Positions 6,733-16,043 of a DNA stretch of 64,000 bases are shown here, in pieces. The DNA is from Candidatus Levyibacteriota bacterium (GTDB lineage: Bacteria; Patescibacteriota; Microgenomatia; Levybacterales; UBA12049), in NCBI GenBank assembly GCA_043823085.1, contig JBDRBE010000004.1:269992-333991 (forward strand), in the 5' to 3' direction. Under the pieces are notes generated by a model. The model was not told the origin of the DNA, searched no databases, and saw only the letters and a program-made list of their open reading frames with translations. Within the stretch, counting starts at the first letter, position 1. Each line of letters opens with the position of its first letter. Made by a program: the position numbers and the translations under genes.

Positions 6733-8463
6733 ATGAGAAGTAAACAAATAGACAATCGTCTACAAATAATGAGACACTCATGCGCTCATCTTTTGGCTGC
6801 AGCAGTTTTGAAACTGTATCCAGACGTAAAACTTGGAATGGGACCTGCAATTGACAATGGGTTTTATTATGATTTTGAGTTTAAAAATGTAATTTCAAAA
6901 GATGATCTTCTAAAAATCGAGGAAGAAATGTTAAAGATTAAAAAAAAATGGAAGAAATTTGAACACTTTACAAAATCAGTTAACGAAGCCAGGGAAATTG
7001 AAAAAAACCAGCCATACAAATTAGAATTAGTCAGAGAACTTGCAAAACAAAATAAAAATTTTTCTTTTTACAAATCCGGTGATTTTGTTGATCTTTGCCT
7101 TGGACCGCACGTAAAAAATGCTAAAGAAATCGGCGCTTTCAAACTTACTTCAATTGCCGGCGCCTACTGGAAAGGCAATGAAAAAAACCCAATGCTGACA
7201 AGAATATACGGCATATGTTTTAAAACTCAAGAAGAATTAAATAAATATCTTTCCCAAAAATTACTGGCCAGTAAAAACGACCATAAAAGAATAGGCAGCG
7301 AGCTTGATCTTTTTAGCTTTCATCCGGAAGCTCCCGGATTTGTTTTCTGGCATGCGAATGGACAAAGGATGCGAAAACCGCTGGTAAATTTCTGGCAGAA
7401 AATGCACGATAAAGCAGGGTATGAAGAGGTTTCGACCCCCATTCTTCTTTCCGAAGAGCTTTGGAAAAAATCAGGCCACTGGCAGAATTATAAAGATAAG
7501 ATGTACTTTACTAAAAAGGAGAACAAAACACTTGCCCTAAAACCGATGAATTGCCCCGGAATGATGTTAATTTATAAGAATAATCCGCATTCTTACAAAG
7601 AGTTACCTATCAGATGGAGAGAGCTTGGGCTAGTTCATCGTCATGAACCATCCGGAGTTTTAAACGGATTGCTTCGCGAAAGAGCTTTTCGCCAGGATGA
7701 CGCTCATATTTTCTGTCAGGAAAATCAAGTTGAAGAAGAAGTTAAAAAGATTGTAAAATTGGAGCTTGAAATTTATTCTGCTTTCCACTTTGAAAAAATT
7801 CGTATTGAATTATCCACTCGGCCAAAAAAATCTATAGGTACAAGCAAAATGTGGAATACGGCTGAAAAAATTCTAAAAAAAGTCTTAAAAGATTTAAAAT
7901 TAGATTATGATATAAGCGAAGGCGAAGGAGCGTTTTACGGTCCTAAAGTTGATTTTCACTTAACTGATTCTCTGGATCGACCCTGGCAGTGCGGAACGAT
8001 TCAGGTGGATTTTGCTATGCCAAGTCAATTTGATTTAATATATATTGATAAAGATGGAAGTAAAAAATGTCCGGTTATGATCCATCGGGCTGTTTTTGGT
8101 TCATTTCATAGATTTTTCGGCATACTTATTGAACACTACGGAGGAGTGTTCCCTTTATGGCTTGCTCCGGTGCAGGTAAAAATTATTCCGATTACAGATG
8201 GGCAAAAAGACTTTGGAGAAATTATTTTGGAGCTTTTCCGAGGAGAAGGTATTAATGTTGACTTTGACGATAGATCAGAAACAATGCAAGCCAAAATCAG
8301 AGATGCCACTTTACAAAAAGTACCTTATATGGCTATAATAGGGGATAAGGAAATTGCAACGAACAGTGTTTCGGTCCGAACCAGAGATGGAAAAAATCTC
8401 GGAGCGATGAGAGTTTCGGAATTTTTACAAAAGTTAAAAGAAGAAATTGATAAAAAGATTTAG
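6733..8463 (+). CDS. thrS: threonyl-tRNA synthetase (short form, N-terminal TGS domain absent)
   Basis: HSCAHLL zinc motif, DHKRIGSELDLF, class II core motifs, C-terminal anticodon-binding domain. Confidence 0.9.
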   Translation: MRSKQIDNRLQIMRHSCAHLLAAAVLKLYPDVKLGMGPAIDNGFYYDFEFKNVISKDDLLKIEEEMLKIKKKWKKFEHFTKSVNEAREIEKNQPYKLELVRELAKQNKNFSFYKSGDFVDLCLGPHVKNAKEIGAFKLTSIAGAYWKGNEKNPMLTRIYGICFKTQEELNKYLSQKLLASKNDHKRIGSELDLFSFHPEAPGFVFWHANGQRMRKPLVNFWQKMHDKAGYEEVSTPILLSEELWKKSGHWQNYKDKMYFTKKENKTLALKPMNCPGMMLIYKNNPHSYKELPIRWRELGLVHRHEPSGVLNGLLRERAFRQDDAHIFCQENQVEEEVKKIVKLELEIYSAFHFEKIRIELSTRPKKSIGTSKMWNTAEKILKKVLKDLKLDYDISEGEGAFYGPKVDFHLTDSLDRPWQCGTIQVDFAMPSQFDLIYIDKDGSKKCPVMIHRAVFGSFHRFFGILIEHYGGVFPLWLAPVQVKIIPITDGQKDFGEIILELFRGEGINVDFDDRSETMQAKIRDATLQKVPYMAIIGDKEIATNSVSVRTRDGKNLGAMRVSEFLQKLKEEIDKKI

Positions 8464-9088
8464 AAAAAATCAAGTAAGAGTTTTTTATCGGACAAACGAG
8501 CGAATATATGCTGTAACGCTTCGTGTTTTAGATAGCGAAGGTAAGCAAATTGGGGTTCTTAGCAAATTTGACGCTTTAAAAAAAGCAAGAGATTTAAATT
8601 TAGATCTAGTCGAAGTAGCTCCGATGGCAAAACCTCCTGTTGCCAAAATAATTGATTTTAAAAAATTTTTGTATCAACAGGCAAAGAAAAAAAAGGAAGA
8701 AAAGAAAAAAAACAAAGTTTCCGAAACAAAAGAGATTAGACTCGGGCCTTTTATGAACGACCATGACCTTCAAGTCATGATTCGAAGAGGAAAAGAGTTT
8801 TTGGAAGACGGCGATAAAGTAAGATTGGTTGTCAAATTTTTTGGACGCCAAATAGCGCATCCTGAATTTGGCAAAAACGTTTTAGATAAAGTTGTAACGT
8901 CCCTATCGGAAATTTCGAAACTGGAGAGAGATCCTCATTTTGAGGGGAAACAATTGATTGCGATTCTTTCTCCTGCCCGCCATGGCTCTGCCAAAGGCGT
9001 TGCAGGCGGGCCGCAAAAAGCAAAAAAGTTCGCCAAAGAAGGCGAGGGAGATATTAAAAATGAGAAAAATAAAGAAATCAGTCAGTAA
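8447..9088 (+). CDS. infC: translation initiation factor IF-3; probable non-AUG start (TTG/ATA) overlapping the thrS end
   Basis: RVLDSEGKQIGVL...LDLVEVAPMAKPPVAKIIDFKKF matches the IF3 N-domain and linker. Confidence 0.85.
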   Translation: MIKRFRKNQVRVFYRTNERIYAVTLRVLDSEGKQIGVLSKFDALKKARDLNLDLVEVAPMAKPPVAKIIDFKKFLYQQAKKKKEEKKKNKVSETKEIRLGPFMNDHDLQVMIRRGKEFLEDGDKVRLVVKFFGRQIAHPEFGKNVLDKVVTSLSEISKLERDPHFEGKQLIAILSPARHGSAKGVAGGPQKAKKFAKEGEGDIKNEKNKEISQ

Positions 9089-9251
9089 AAGATTTAAAGT
9101 TACCAAAAACGGTAAAGTTCTTTTTTCACATCAATATAAAGGACATAAAATGGTTAGTAAGTCTTCAAGGAGAAAAAGGAGGCAAAAAGAACCGGGAATC
9201 TTGAAGGGCAAATTCGCGAAAAAGATAAAAAAGATGTTGGGCAAAAGTTAA
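9060..9251 (+). CDS. rpmI: 50S ribosomal protein L35
   Basis: MRKIKKSVSKRFKVTKNGKVLF... is L35-like. ATG is in frame inside the larger ORF 8958..9251. Confidence 0.8.
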   Translation: MRKIKKSVSKRFKVTKNGKVLFSHQYKGHKMVSKSSRRKRRQKEPGILKGKFAKKIKKMLGKS

Positions 9252-9443
9252 ATTTGTCTCGCAAAGCGAGATCCTGCTATGCGGGACAAAAAAGTAAAAC
9301 AAATGTTAGGAAAAGCCTGATGGGAAAAAGAGCAAGAAAAAATATAAATTTTAGGGAGACTCATTCCGAGAGATCGGCAACAAACTCGTACCGAAATTTT
9401 GGAAAGTCTTTAAAAGAAAAGTTTAACATAAAATTCGGAAAAT

Positions 9444-9568
9444 CTTGAAGTTAGAAGTGAGATTTTTTTGAGCTTGAATATTTGATTTCTTGAATTCTAG
9501 ATATCAAGATTTCAATTCGTCAGCTGACGAATCAAGATCAAAGACATCAAGGATATCCAACTTCAAGA
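9444..9568 (+). promoter_or_regulatory. structured nested inverted-repeat region between rpmI and rplT (possible L20 autoregulatory leader or palindromic element)
   Basis: Outer arms cttgaagtt / aacttcaag. Inner near-perfect 18-nt palindrome attcgtcagctgacgaat. Triple atcaagat motif. Confidence 0.4.
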
Positions 9569-9581
9569 ATTCTAAACAATT

Positions 9582-9926
9582 ATGGCGAGAATTAAAAGGG
9601 GAGTAGTGTCCCGAAGAAAGCATAAAAAATTACTGGGCAAAACAAAAGGTTTTCGCGGAACAAAAAGCAAACTGACAAGAGTCGCTCACGAAGCGGCTTT
9701 ACACGCGGGGGCTTATGCGTATCATGGAAGAAAGATTAGAAAAAGAGATTTTCGCGCTCTTTGGATAACCAGAATTAGTGAAGCTGTAAAACCCCAAGGC
9801 ATTTCCTACAGTGTTTTTATGAATCAATTAAAAAAAGCAAACATTGAGCTGGATAGAAAAATTTTAAGCGATCTTGTTTTAAATGATCCGGCAACTTTTA
9901 AAAAACTTGTTGCATCTGTAAAGTAA
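9582..9926 (+). CDS. rplT: 50S ribosomal protein L20
   Basis: MARIKRGVVSRRKHKK...RDFRALWITRI, canonical L20. Confidence 0.9.
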   Translation: MARIKRGVVSRRKHKKLLGKTKGFRGTKSKLTRVAHEAALHAGAYAYHGRKIRKRDFRALWITRISEAVKPQGISYSVFMNQLKKANIELDRKILSDLVLNDPATFKKLVASVK

Positions 9927-9985
9927 ATCTGATATAATTATTTTTAATATGAAACAATCTAGCAATGTAATCATCTTTGGTTTCT

Positions 9986-10012
9986 TTTTTACTTCCCAGA
10001 CCGGGAGGTTTT
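9986..10012 (+). terminator. intrinsic terminator cttccc-agacc-gggagg + T5
   Basis: Read directly after rplT. Confidence 0.5.
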
Positions 10013-10042
10013 TAATGTCTTAAAAAAATAAAAGACAAAAAG

Positions 10043-10068
10043 AACAACCTCCCGAGAAGGGAGGTTTT
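10043..10068 (+). terminator. intrinsic terminator cctccc-gagaa-gggagg + T6
   Basis: aacctcccgagaagggaggtttttt. Same style as the terminator at 6586. Confidence 0.6.
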
Positions 10069-10092
10069 TTAATGGCAAAGGAGGTGAATTAT

Positions 10093-10278
10093 ATGAGTAA
10101 ATCAGAGTGTTTACAATTAAAAACTGGTAGCTGTATGGGATGTAGTGTCTTAGAGATAGTTTTACGAAAAGGAAGAGAAGGACAAGTTGACGATATTGCT
10201 AAAAGAGTTGGCAAAAGTCTTTGCCCTGAGGGAATGCGACCAAGGGCTATATCGAAACCGAAACGTAAAATGTGGTAG
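10093..10278 (+). CDS. small hypothetical protein (about 61 aa; CMGC motif); start 7 nt after AAGGAGGTG
   Basis: Strong Shine-Dalgarno sequence with good spacing. The ORF track begins at the in-frame upstream ATG 10072. Confidence 0.45.
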   Translation: MSKSECLQLKTGSCMGCSVLEIVLRKGREGQVDDIAKRVGKSLCPEGMRPRAISKPKRKMW

Positions 10279-10316
10279 GTTTTAAAAAAAATTATTAAAA
10301 AAGGAGGTGATAAATT

Positions 10317-10595
10317 ATGGCAATTGCTGAAAGAAGTGCAGAAATTGGAATAACCGAAGCACTGGAAAAACTTGACGAAGTATCACGTGTAGCAAGAATA
10401 GAAAGAGAGCATGGAACACTCTCGGGAAAAAACATAATACCCGACTTAACAAGAAAAGCTAGAGAAAAAAGAATCACAACTATAATTAATGGAAAACATC
10501 CAGATTTAGATAGTGTTCCAAACATATATCGAGATAGTGTTTTCTCTGGAAAAACTTTAATAGTAGATGGGTATGGTGTCCACGTAGTTTCGTAG
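10317..10595 (+). CDS. small hypothetical protein (92 aa); RBS AAGGAGGTG
   Basis: Strong Shine-Dalgarno sequence. No recognisable domain. Confidence 0.45.
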   Translation: MAIAERSAEIGITEALEKLDEVSRVARIEREHGTLSGKNIIPDLTRKAREKRITTIINGKHPDLDSVPNIYRDSVFSGKTLIVDGYGVHVVS

Positions 10596-10662
10596 TTTCA
10601 AACTATTAAAATCTTTTAGAAAGCATAATGAAAAAAAGCCTTCACTATGATATTCTTAGAAT

Positions 10663-11721
10663 ATGGAAGAAGAGTTGATTGGTATTAAAAATGCCGCGGT
10701 TTCGCTTATTTTTGACGCCAAAGATAAGAAAACACTTGAAGAAACTAAACTTCAGTTTTTAGGAAGAAGCGGAAAATTAACTTTGGCAATTAAAGAAATT
10801 ATCAAAGTTCCCCTTATTAAAAGAGCAGAAATAGGAAGACTTGCCAACGAGGTTAAACAAGCGATAGAAGACGCGCTTGTGAATCAAGAATTAAGAATTA
10901 AGAATCTAGAATCAACGAAGCGAAAAGAAAATGTTGATAAAACTGTGCCCGGCATAAAACCAAAAATAGGCCATCTTCACCCAATGACGCAAGTTTTAAA
11001 TGAGGTTATTGATATTTTTAAAGGCATTGGATTCCAAGCTGCGGACGGGCCGGAAATAGAAACGGATTACTATAACTTCACTGCCTTAAACATGCCACCA
11101 AACGCACCGTCACGCGATACGCAAGCGACTCTTTATTTGGACACCCGAAATAGCAAAGCTGAGCCAGGACAAATTTTGTTACGAACCCAAACCTCTAATA
11201 TGCAGGTTAGGGTTATGGAGAAAACTAAACCACCAATCAGAGTAATAGTTCCGGGAAAAACATACCGCGTTGATGACGTAGATGCTTCACATAGTTTTGA
11301 ATTCTGGCAACTTGAAGGATTTATGGTGGATAAAGACGTTAGAATGACAGATCTTCTTGGAACAATTGATTATGTTCTTAAGCGCTTTATGGGAAAAAAC
11401 ACAAAAACAAAATTTGCCACAACTAATTTTTCATTCGTAGAGCCGGGAATCGACACGTATATGGAATGCACTGTATGCAAAGGGAAAGCCCGCCTGCCGA
11501 ACGGGCAGGGCTGTAGTTTTTGCAAACAAAGTGGATGGAGCGAAATAATGCCCGCGGGCATGATTCACCCAAATGTTTTAAGAGCCGCAGGTTACGATAG
11601 CCAAAAAGTTTCAGGATTTGCTTTTGCAATTGGCCTTTCAAGACTGACAACTCTCCGCTACCAAATGGACGATTTAAGATTATTAACCAATCCGGATTTG
11701 AGAATCCTTGAACAATTTTAA
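10663..11721 (+). CDS. pheS: phenylalanyl-tRNA synthetase alpha subunit (with Cys4 zinc-ribbon insertion as in Firmicutes-type PheS)
   Basis: Class II motifs; FSFVEPGIDTYMECTVCKGK...CSFCKQSGWSEIMPAGMIHPNVL; C-terminal FAFAIGLSRL. Confidence 0.9.
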   Translation: MEEELIGIKNAAVSLIFDAKDKKTLEETKLQFLGRSGKLTLAIKEIIKVPLIKRAEIGRLANEVKQAIEDALVNQELRIKNLESTKRKENVDKTVPGIKPKIGHLHPMTQVLNEVIDIFKGIGFQAADGPEIETDYYNFTALNMPPNAPSRDTQATLYLDTRNSKAEPGQILLRTQTSNMQVRVMEKTKPPIRVIVPGKTYRVDDVDASHSFEFWQLEGFMVDKDVRMTDLLGTIDYVLKRFMGKNTKTKFATTNFSFVEPGIDTYMECTVCKGKARLPNGQGCSFCKQSGWSEIMPAGMIHPNVLRAAGYDSQKVSGFAFAIGLSRLTTLRYQMDDLRLLTNPDLRILEQF

Positions 11722-11724
11722 ATT

Positions 11725-13605
11725 ATGTTAGCACCTTTGTCTTGGTTAAAAGAATACGTAGACATTACACTCTCTCCAAAAGAGCTGGGAGAGAGATTAA
11801 CCGAAGTGGGTTTGGGGACGGAAAAAATTATAAAAACCGATGGTGATGTAATTTTTGAATTTGAAATAACTCCCAACCGCCCGGATCTTTTGTCAATTAT
11901 CGGAATTGCAAGAGAAATTGCCGCCGTTGAAAATAAATCAATAAAGTATCCGCGCTTAAAAACAAACCTCAAACCTAAAAAAATTCTGCCATTGATAATT
12001 AAAACCGATTCAAAAATTAATCCGCGGTTTACAGGAATAATTATTGACGGCATAAAAGTCAAAGAATCGCCGACTTTGTTAAAAGATAAACTAGTAAAAA
12101 TTAACCAGCGTCCGATTAATAATATTGTTGATATCACAAACTATGTAATGTTTGAGCTTGGTAATCCAATTCACGCTTTTGACTATGACAAAATCAAAGG
12201 ACATATCATGGAAGTAAAAAAAACAAAGGGCGGGGAGGAATTTAAAAGCGTTGACGGAATTTCATATCATTTACCAAAAGGGGCAGTAGTTATTTATGAT
12301 GACCAAAATTTAATTGACCTTTGCGGTATAAAAGGGGGATTTAACAGCGGGACTTTCGAAGATACTAAAACGATTTTTCTTCGTATCCCTGTTGAAGATG
12401 CAATACAAACCCGAAAAACTTCGCAGTCGCTTGGTCTCCGCTCTGAAGCGTCAAGCATTTTCGAAAGGGGAGTAAATACCGGCGGAACAGTTGACGCACT
12501 TATTAGATGCGTTGACATAATTCTTGAACTAGCGGGCGGACAAGTAGTAAGTGAACTTTATGATATTAAAGAAAAAAGTTTTTCTCCTTGGAGAGTGGAT
12601 TTAAGAATAGAAAGACTAAACAAAATTTTAGGAATCCAAATACCAATAAAAGAAGTTTTACAAATTTTAGAAAGTTTAAATTTCTTGCCAAAAATTATTA
12701 AAAAAAATATTATTCAAACTTTAATTCCAACTTATCGAAACGATTTAAAAATAGAAGAAGATTTAATTGAAGAAGTAGCCAGACTTTACGGTTATAATAA
12801 ATTTCCAAAAACCTTGCCTTTTGGTGAAATTCCAACCAAACAAATTCCATATTTTAAAGATTATCGAATTGACGAAAAAGTAAAAAGCATCCTTAATTCC
12901 TGCGGCTTTTCCGAAGTTTACACTTATAGTTTACTCGGTGAAAAAGATTTAATTGATTGGGAAATTAATCCGAACAATATCCTTCGAATAGATAATCCTG
13001 TGAGCAAAGAATTTGAGTATTTGCGACCAACGCTAAAGATTAATCTTCTTAAAGCTTTAAGGCAAAATCAAGCAAATTTTGAAGAAATTAATCTCTTTGA
13101 ATTAGGCAAAGCATATCTTGGAAAAACTGTCGACAAAAACACCGAAGATTATTATCTAAGTGCTGTTTCCAACAAAAAAAACTTCTCTGAAATTAAAGGA
13201 CTTGTCGAATATATTTTTGAAAGTTTGGGAATTAAAGACGACCCTGCAAAATATATCGAAATTATCGATGACGGCATTATTTTTGAAATAAATTATTCGC
13301 AGATTCTAGAAAAAATGAATCCTCAAAAAAAATTCTTGTCCATTCCAAAACATCCGCCGATTATTGAAGATTTGGCAATAGTTATTGGCAACAATATTGA
13401 AGTTGGAAAAATTATAGAGGAGATAAAAAAACAAAGCCCGCTAATTTCACATGTGTCATTACTTGATCAATATCAAAATTCAAAAACTTTCCACCTTGTC
13501 TATCAACATCGGGAAAAAAATTTGACAAACGAGGAAGTAGCAAAAATCCGCGAGAAAATTATAACTGCTCTAAAAGAAAAATTCCATGCAAAGATCAAGG
13601 AATAA
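11725..13605 (+). CDS. pheT: phenylalanyl-tRNA synthetase beta subunit (short, 626 aa)
   Basis: B3/B4 and B5 domain motifs. Gene order with pheS. The N-terminal tRNA-binding domain appears absent. Confidence 0.85.
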   Translation: MLAPLSWLKEYVDITLSPKELGERLTEVGLGTEKIIKTDGDVIFEFEITPNRPDLLSIIGIAREIAAVENKSIKYPRLKTNLKPKKILPLIIKTDSKINPRFTGIIIDGIKVKESPTLLKDKLVKINQRPINNIVDITNYVMFELGNPIHAFDYDKIKGHIMEVKKTKGGEEFKSVDGISYHLPKGAVVIYDDQNLIDLCGIKGGFNSGTFEDTKTIFLRIPVEDAIQTRKTSQSLGLRSEASSIFERGVNTGGTVDALIRCVDIILELAGGQVVSELYDIKEKSFSPWRVDLRIERLNKILGIQIPIKEVLQILESLNFLPKIIKKNIIQTLIPTYRNDLKIEEDLIEEVARLYGYNKFPKTLPFGEIPTKQIPYFKDYRIDEKVKSILNSCGFSEVYTYSLLGEKDLIDWEINPNNILRIDNPVSKEFEYLRPTLKINLLKALRQNQANFEEINLFELGKAYLGKTVDKNTEDYYLSAVSNKKNFSEIKGLVEYIFESLGIKDDPAKYIEIIDDGIIFEINYSQILEKMNPQKKFLSIPKHPPIIEDLAIVIGNNIEVGKIIEEIKKQSPLISHVSLLDQYQNSKTFHLVYQHREKNLTNEEVAKIREKIITALKEKFHAKIKE

Positions 13606-13631
13606 AAAAGGTTCTATTAAATTCCAGTCTG

Positions 13632-15995
13632 TTATGGCGATATTGTTGGAGTTAATGTTGGCGTTAAAGTTGGAGTAATTGATATTGTTGGAGTTGGAGT
13701 AACTTCGGGATATTTATAATCGGAGGTTTCTGTTGGGGGGTAGTATTGCGAATCCGCCGCCGAATGATTTTCCTTTATCCAATCATTGATTCCATCCTGC
13801 CAGCGGTTTCTTCCATCAGTTGAAACCGGATCGGTTTCGGAAAAAACAAGGTAATCTTTAACATCATAATCTCCATGGTCTATCTCATCCTGATTAGCCA
13901 ATTTTTTATCCTGATGTTTTGAAACCTTAAGTTTTTTATAAATAGGCGATATTGCCGTCGGTTCTGTCCCCTTGATAAAATACTCAGATCGCGTAGGACG
14001 TCCATCAACCGGCAAGCCTCCGCCAAAAGCATCAATCATTACCGCCGTTACACCATCTGGTTTTTCAAAATCTTCATCCGACTTTCCCTTTAACGCCTCC
14101 AAGATAATTCTTCGCCAAATAGGAGCCGCGCCTGTCACACCGGAAGCAACATTTCCCATAGGAGAATTGTCATTATTTCCAACCCAAGTCGCAACCAAAA
14201 TACTTGGCGTCCAACCAATTGTCCAGTTATCCCTTTTATCATCGGTTGTACCGGTTTTGACAGCAATTGTTTTACCACTTACATTTAAATAACTGTTCAC
14301 TCCAAAAGTAATAAGCCTAGCATTATTATCTAAAAGCATATGAGAAATGATAAAGGCGACTTCCGCACTTATTGCTCTTCTTTTGGAAATATCCTTATGC
14401 TCATATAAAACATTTCCTTTGGGATCGCTGACTTTTAGAATTGCTATTGGCTCAACCCTATTTCCGCCATTTGCAAAAACTGTATATGCGGCAGCCAAAT
14501 CAATCGGTTTTACATCGCCTCCACCAAGCGTTAATGACAAACCAAAACGCTTTGTATTCTCATCTGTTGGCGAAAGTGTGGTTAATCCCATATCACTAGC
14601 TGTAGTCAGCATATTTTTAATCCCGACAAGCGATAAAAGTTTTACAGCAGGGATATTAATGGACGATCCCAAAGCAAACCGCAATTGCAAAGGCCCATGA
14701 AACTTTCCATCGTAATTAACAGGAATATAATCTTTTTCCCCCTGGTTTGGAAAAACAGTTTTTGTATCCATAATAAGAGTTGCCGCCGTGTAGCCCTTTT
14801 CAAGAGCCGCAGCATAAGTTACAGGCTTAATGGATGATCCAGGCTGGCGAATACCTTGCGTAATAACATTGAACTGTCCTTGAAAATTATCTTTTTTACT
14901 GGCCGATTGCGTGGCAAAAAAATCTCTGCTTCCAACCATCGCCAAAATCTCGCCGTTTCTTGGATTAAGAACAATACTGGCGCCGTTTCCAACATTCAAA
15001 TTTCTTGCGGCTGTTACTTCCTCGTTAACAATTTTTTCCGCTTTTTCTTCGAGTTTATAATCAAGGGTCGTTGTCACCTGCAAACCTCCTTGTTCAACCG
15101 CATTTTCTCCAAATTGTTTTATCAAAAGATCTTTAACATAAAAAGAAAAATGAGGCGCTTTTATTGATTGTCCGCTTGACTCAAAAGTTACTTTATCCAA
15201 TTGTTTTACCGCGTCATTTTCTTGTTTACTTGTAATATATCCGTCTTCCCGCATTCTTCTTAAAACTTCCTGCGCGCGGCCAATATAGGCTTTTGGATCC
15301 GGTCCATAAGGGGAATAATAAGAAGGACTTTGAGGAAATCCGGCTAAAATTGCAGATTCAACTAAAGCTAAATCTTTGGCTTTTTTTCCAAAATATCGCT
15401 CTGATGCCGCTTCGATTCCGACAGCCGGTCCGCCATATGGCGCCACATTTAAGTAAAGTTCTAGAATTTGATCTTTTGTGTACTTTCTATCAACTTGAAT
15501 TGATAGCATTAACTCCTTTATTTTTCGGGGAATTGATTTTTCCGAAGTTAGAAGAGCATTCTTTACCAACTGCTGAGTTAGGGTCGAACCTCCTGTTACT
15601 CTTCTGAAAAGAACAAAATCTCTTATGGCCCTCAAATATCCTGCAACTGAAAATCCTTGATTGGTATAAAAATTTTTGTCTTCAATAGAAATTGTTGCTT
15701 CCTGCAGAGTTTTGGGAATTGCATCCAAGGTAACATAAGTTCTATTTTGCTCTTGGTAAACATCATATAAAACAATACCGTTTCTATCCATTATTTTTGT
15801 GGACTGGGGAAGATTAGTAGATGTTAGTTTCCCTGGTGTTGGCAAATCACGGCTATACCAGATAAAAAGAAAAACAGTCAAAACAATCAGTCCAATTAAT
15901 CCAAAAAATGTAAATTTTGCCAGACGGCTTAGGAAGAGAATATTTGTCAATCTTTGTTTTAATCCTCCTCTTCGTCTTCGATAAAAATCCGCCAT
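13632..15995 (-). CDS. class A penicillin-binding protein (glycosyltransferase + transpeptidase) with Thr/Pro-rich C-terminal tail
   Basis: N-terminal TM; GT51 motifs (EDKNFY, GGSTLTQQ); transpeptidase SSIKP, SxN, KTG(T). C-terminal tail TPTPTISITPTLTPTLTPTISP. Confidence 0.85.
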   Translation of the reverse strand: MADFYRRRRGGLKQRLTNILFLSRLAKFTFFGLIGLIVLTVFLFIWYSRDLPTPGKLTSTNLPQSTKIMDRNGIVLYDVYQEQNRTYVTLDAIPKTLQEATISIEDKNFYTNQGFSVAGYLRAIRDFVLFRRVTGGSTLTQQLVKNALLTSEKSIPRKIKELMLSIQVDRKYTKDQILELYLNVAPYGGPAVGIEAASERYFGKKAKDLALVESAILAGFPQSPSYYSPYGPDPKAYIGRAQEVLRRMREDGYITSKQENDAVKQLDKVTFESSGQSIKAPHFSFYVKDLLIKQFGENAVEQGGLQVTTTLDYKLEEKAEKIVNEEVTAARNLNVGNGASIVLNPRNGEILAMVGSRDFFATQSASKKDNFQGQFNVITQGIRQPGSSIKPVTYAAALEKGYTAATLIMDTKTVFPNQGEKDYIPVNYDGKFHGPLQLRFALGSSINIPAVKLLSLVGIKNMLTTASDMGLTTLSPTDENTKRFGLSLTLGGGDVKPIDLAAAYTVFANGGNRVEPIAILKVSDPKGNVLYEHKDISKRRAISAEVAFIISHMLLDNNARLITFGVNSYLNVSGKTIAVKTGTTDDKRDNWTIGWTPSILVATWVGNNDNSPMGNVASGVTGAAPIWRRIILEALKGKSDEDFEKPDGVTAVMIDAFGGGLPVDGRPTRSEYFIKGTEPTAISPIYKKLKVSKHQDKKLANQDEIDHGDYDVKDYLVFSETDPVSTDGRNRWQDGINDWIKENHSAADSQYYPPTETSDYKYPEVTPTPTISITPTLTPTLTPTISP

Positions 15996-16043
15996 AAAAT
16001 ATAGTATACCAAATTTATCGTTTTATTAAAAATATGCTATACT

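Noticed and set aside
9254-9448. 64-aa ORF between rpmI and rplT
   Set aside because: Low-complexity K/R-rich translation of an A-rich structured spacer, with no RBS. More likely non-coding regulatory RNA.
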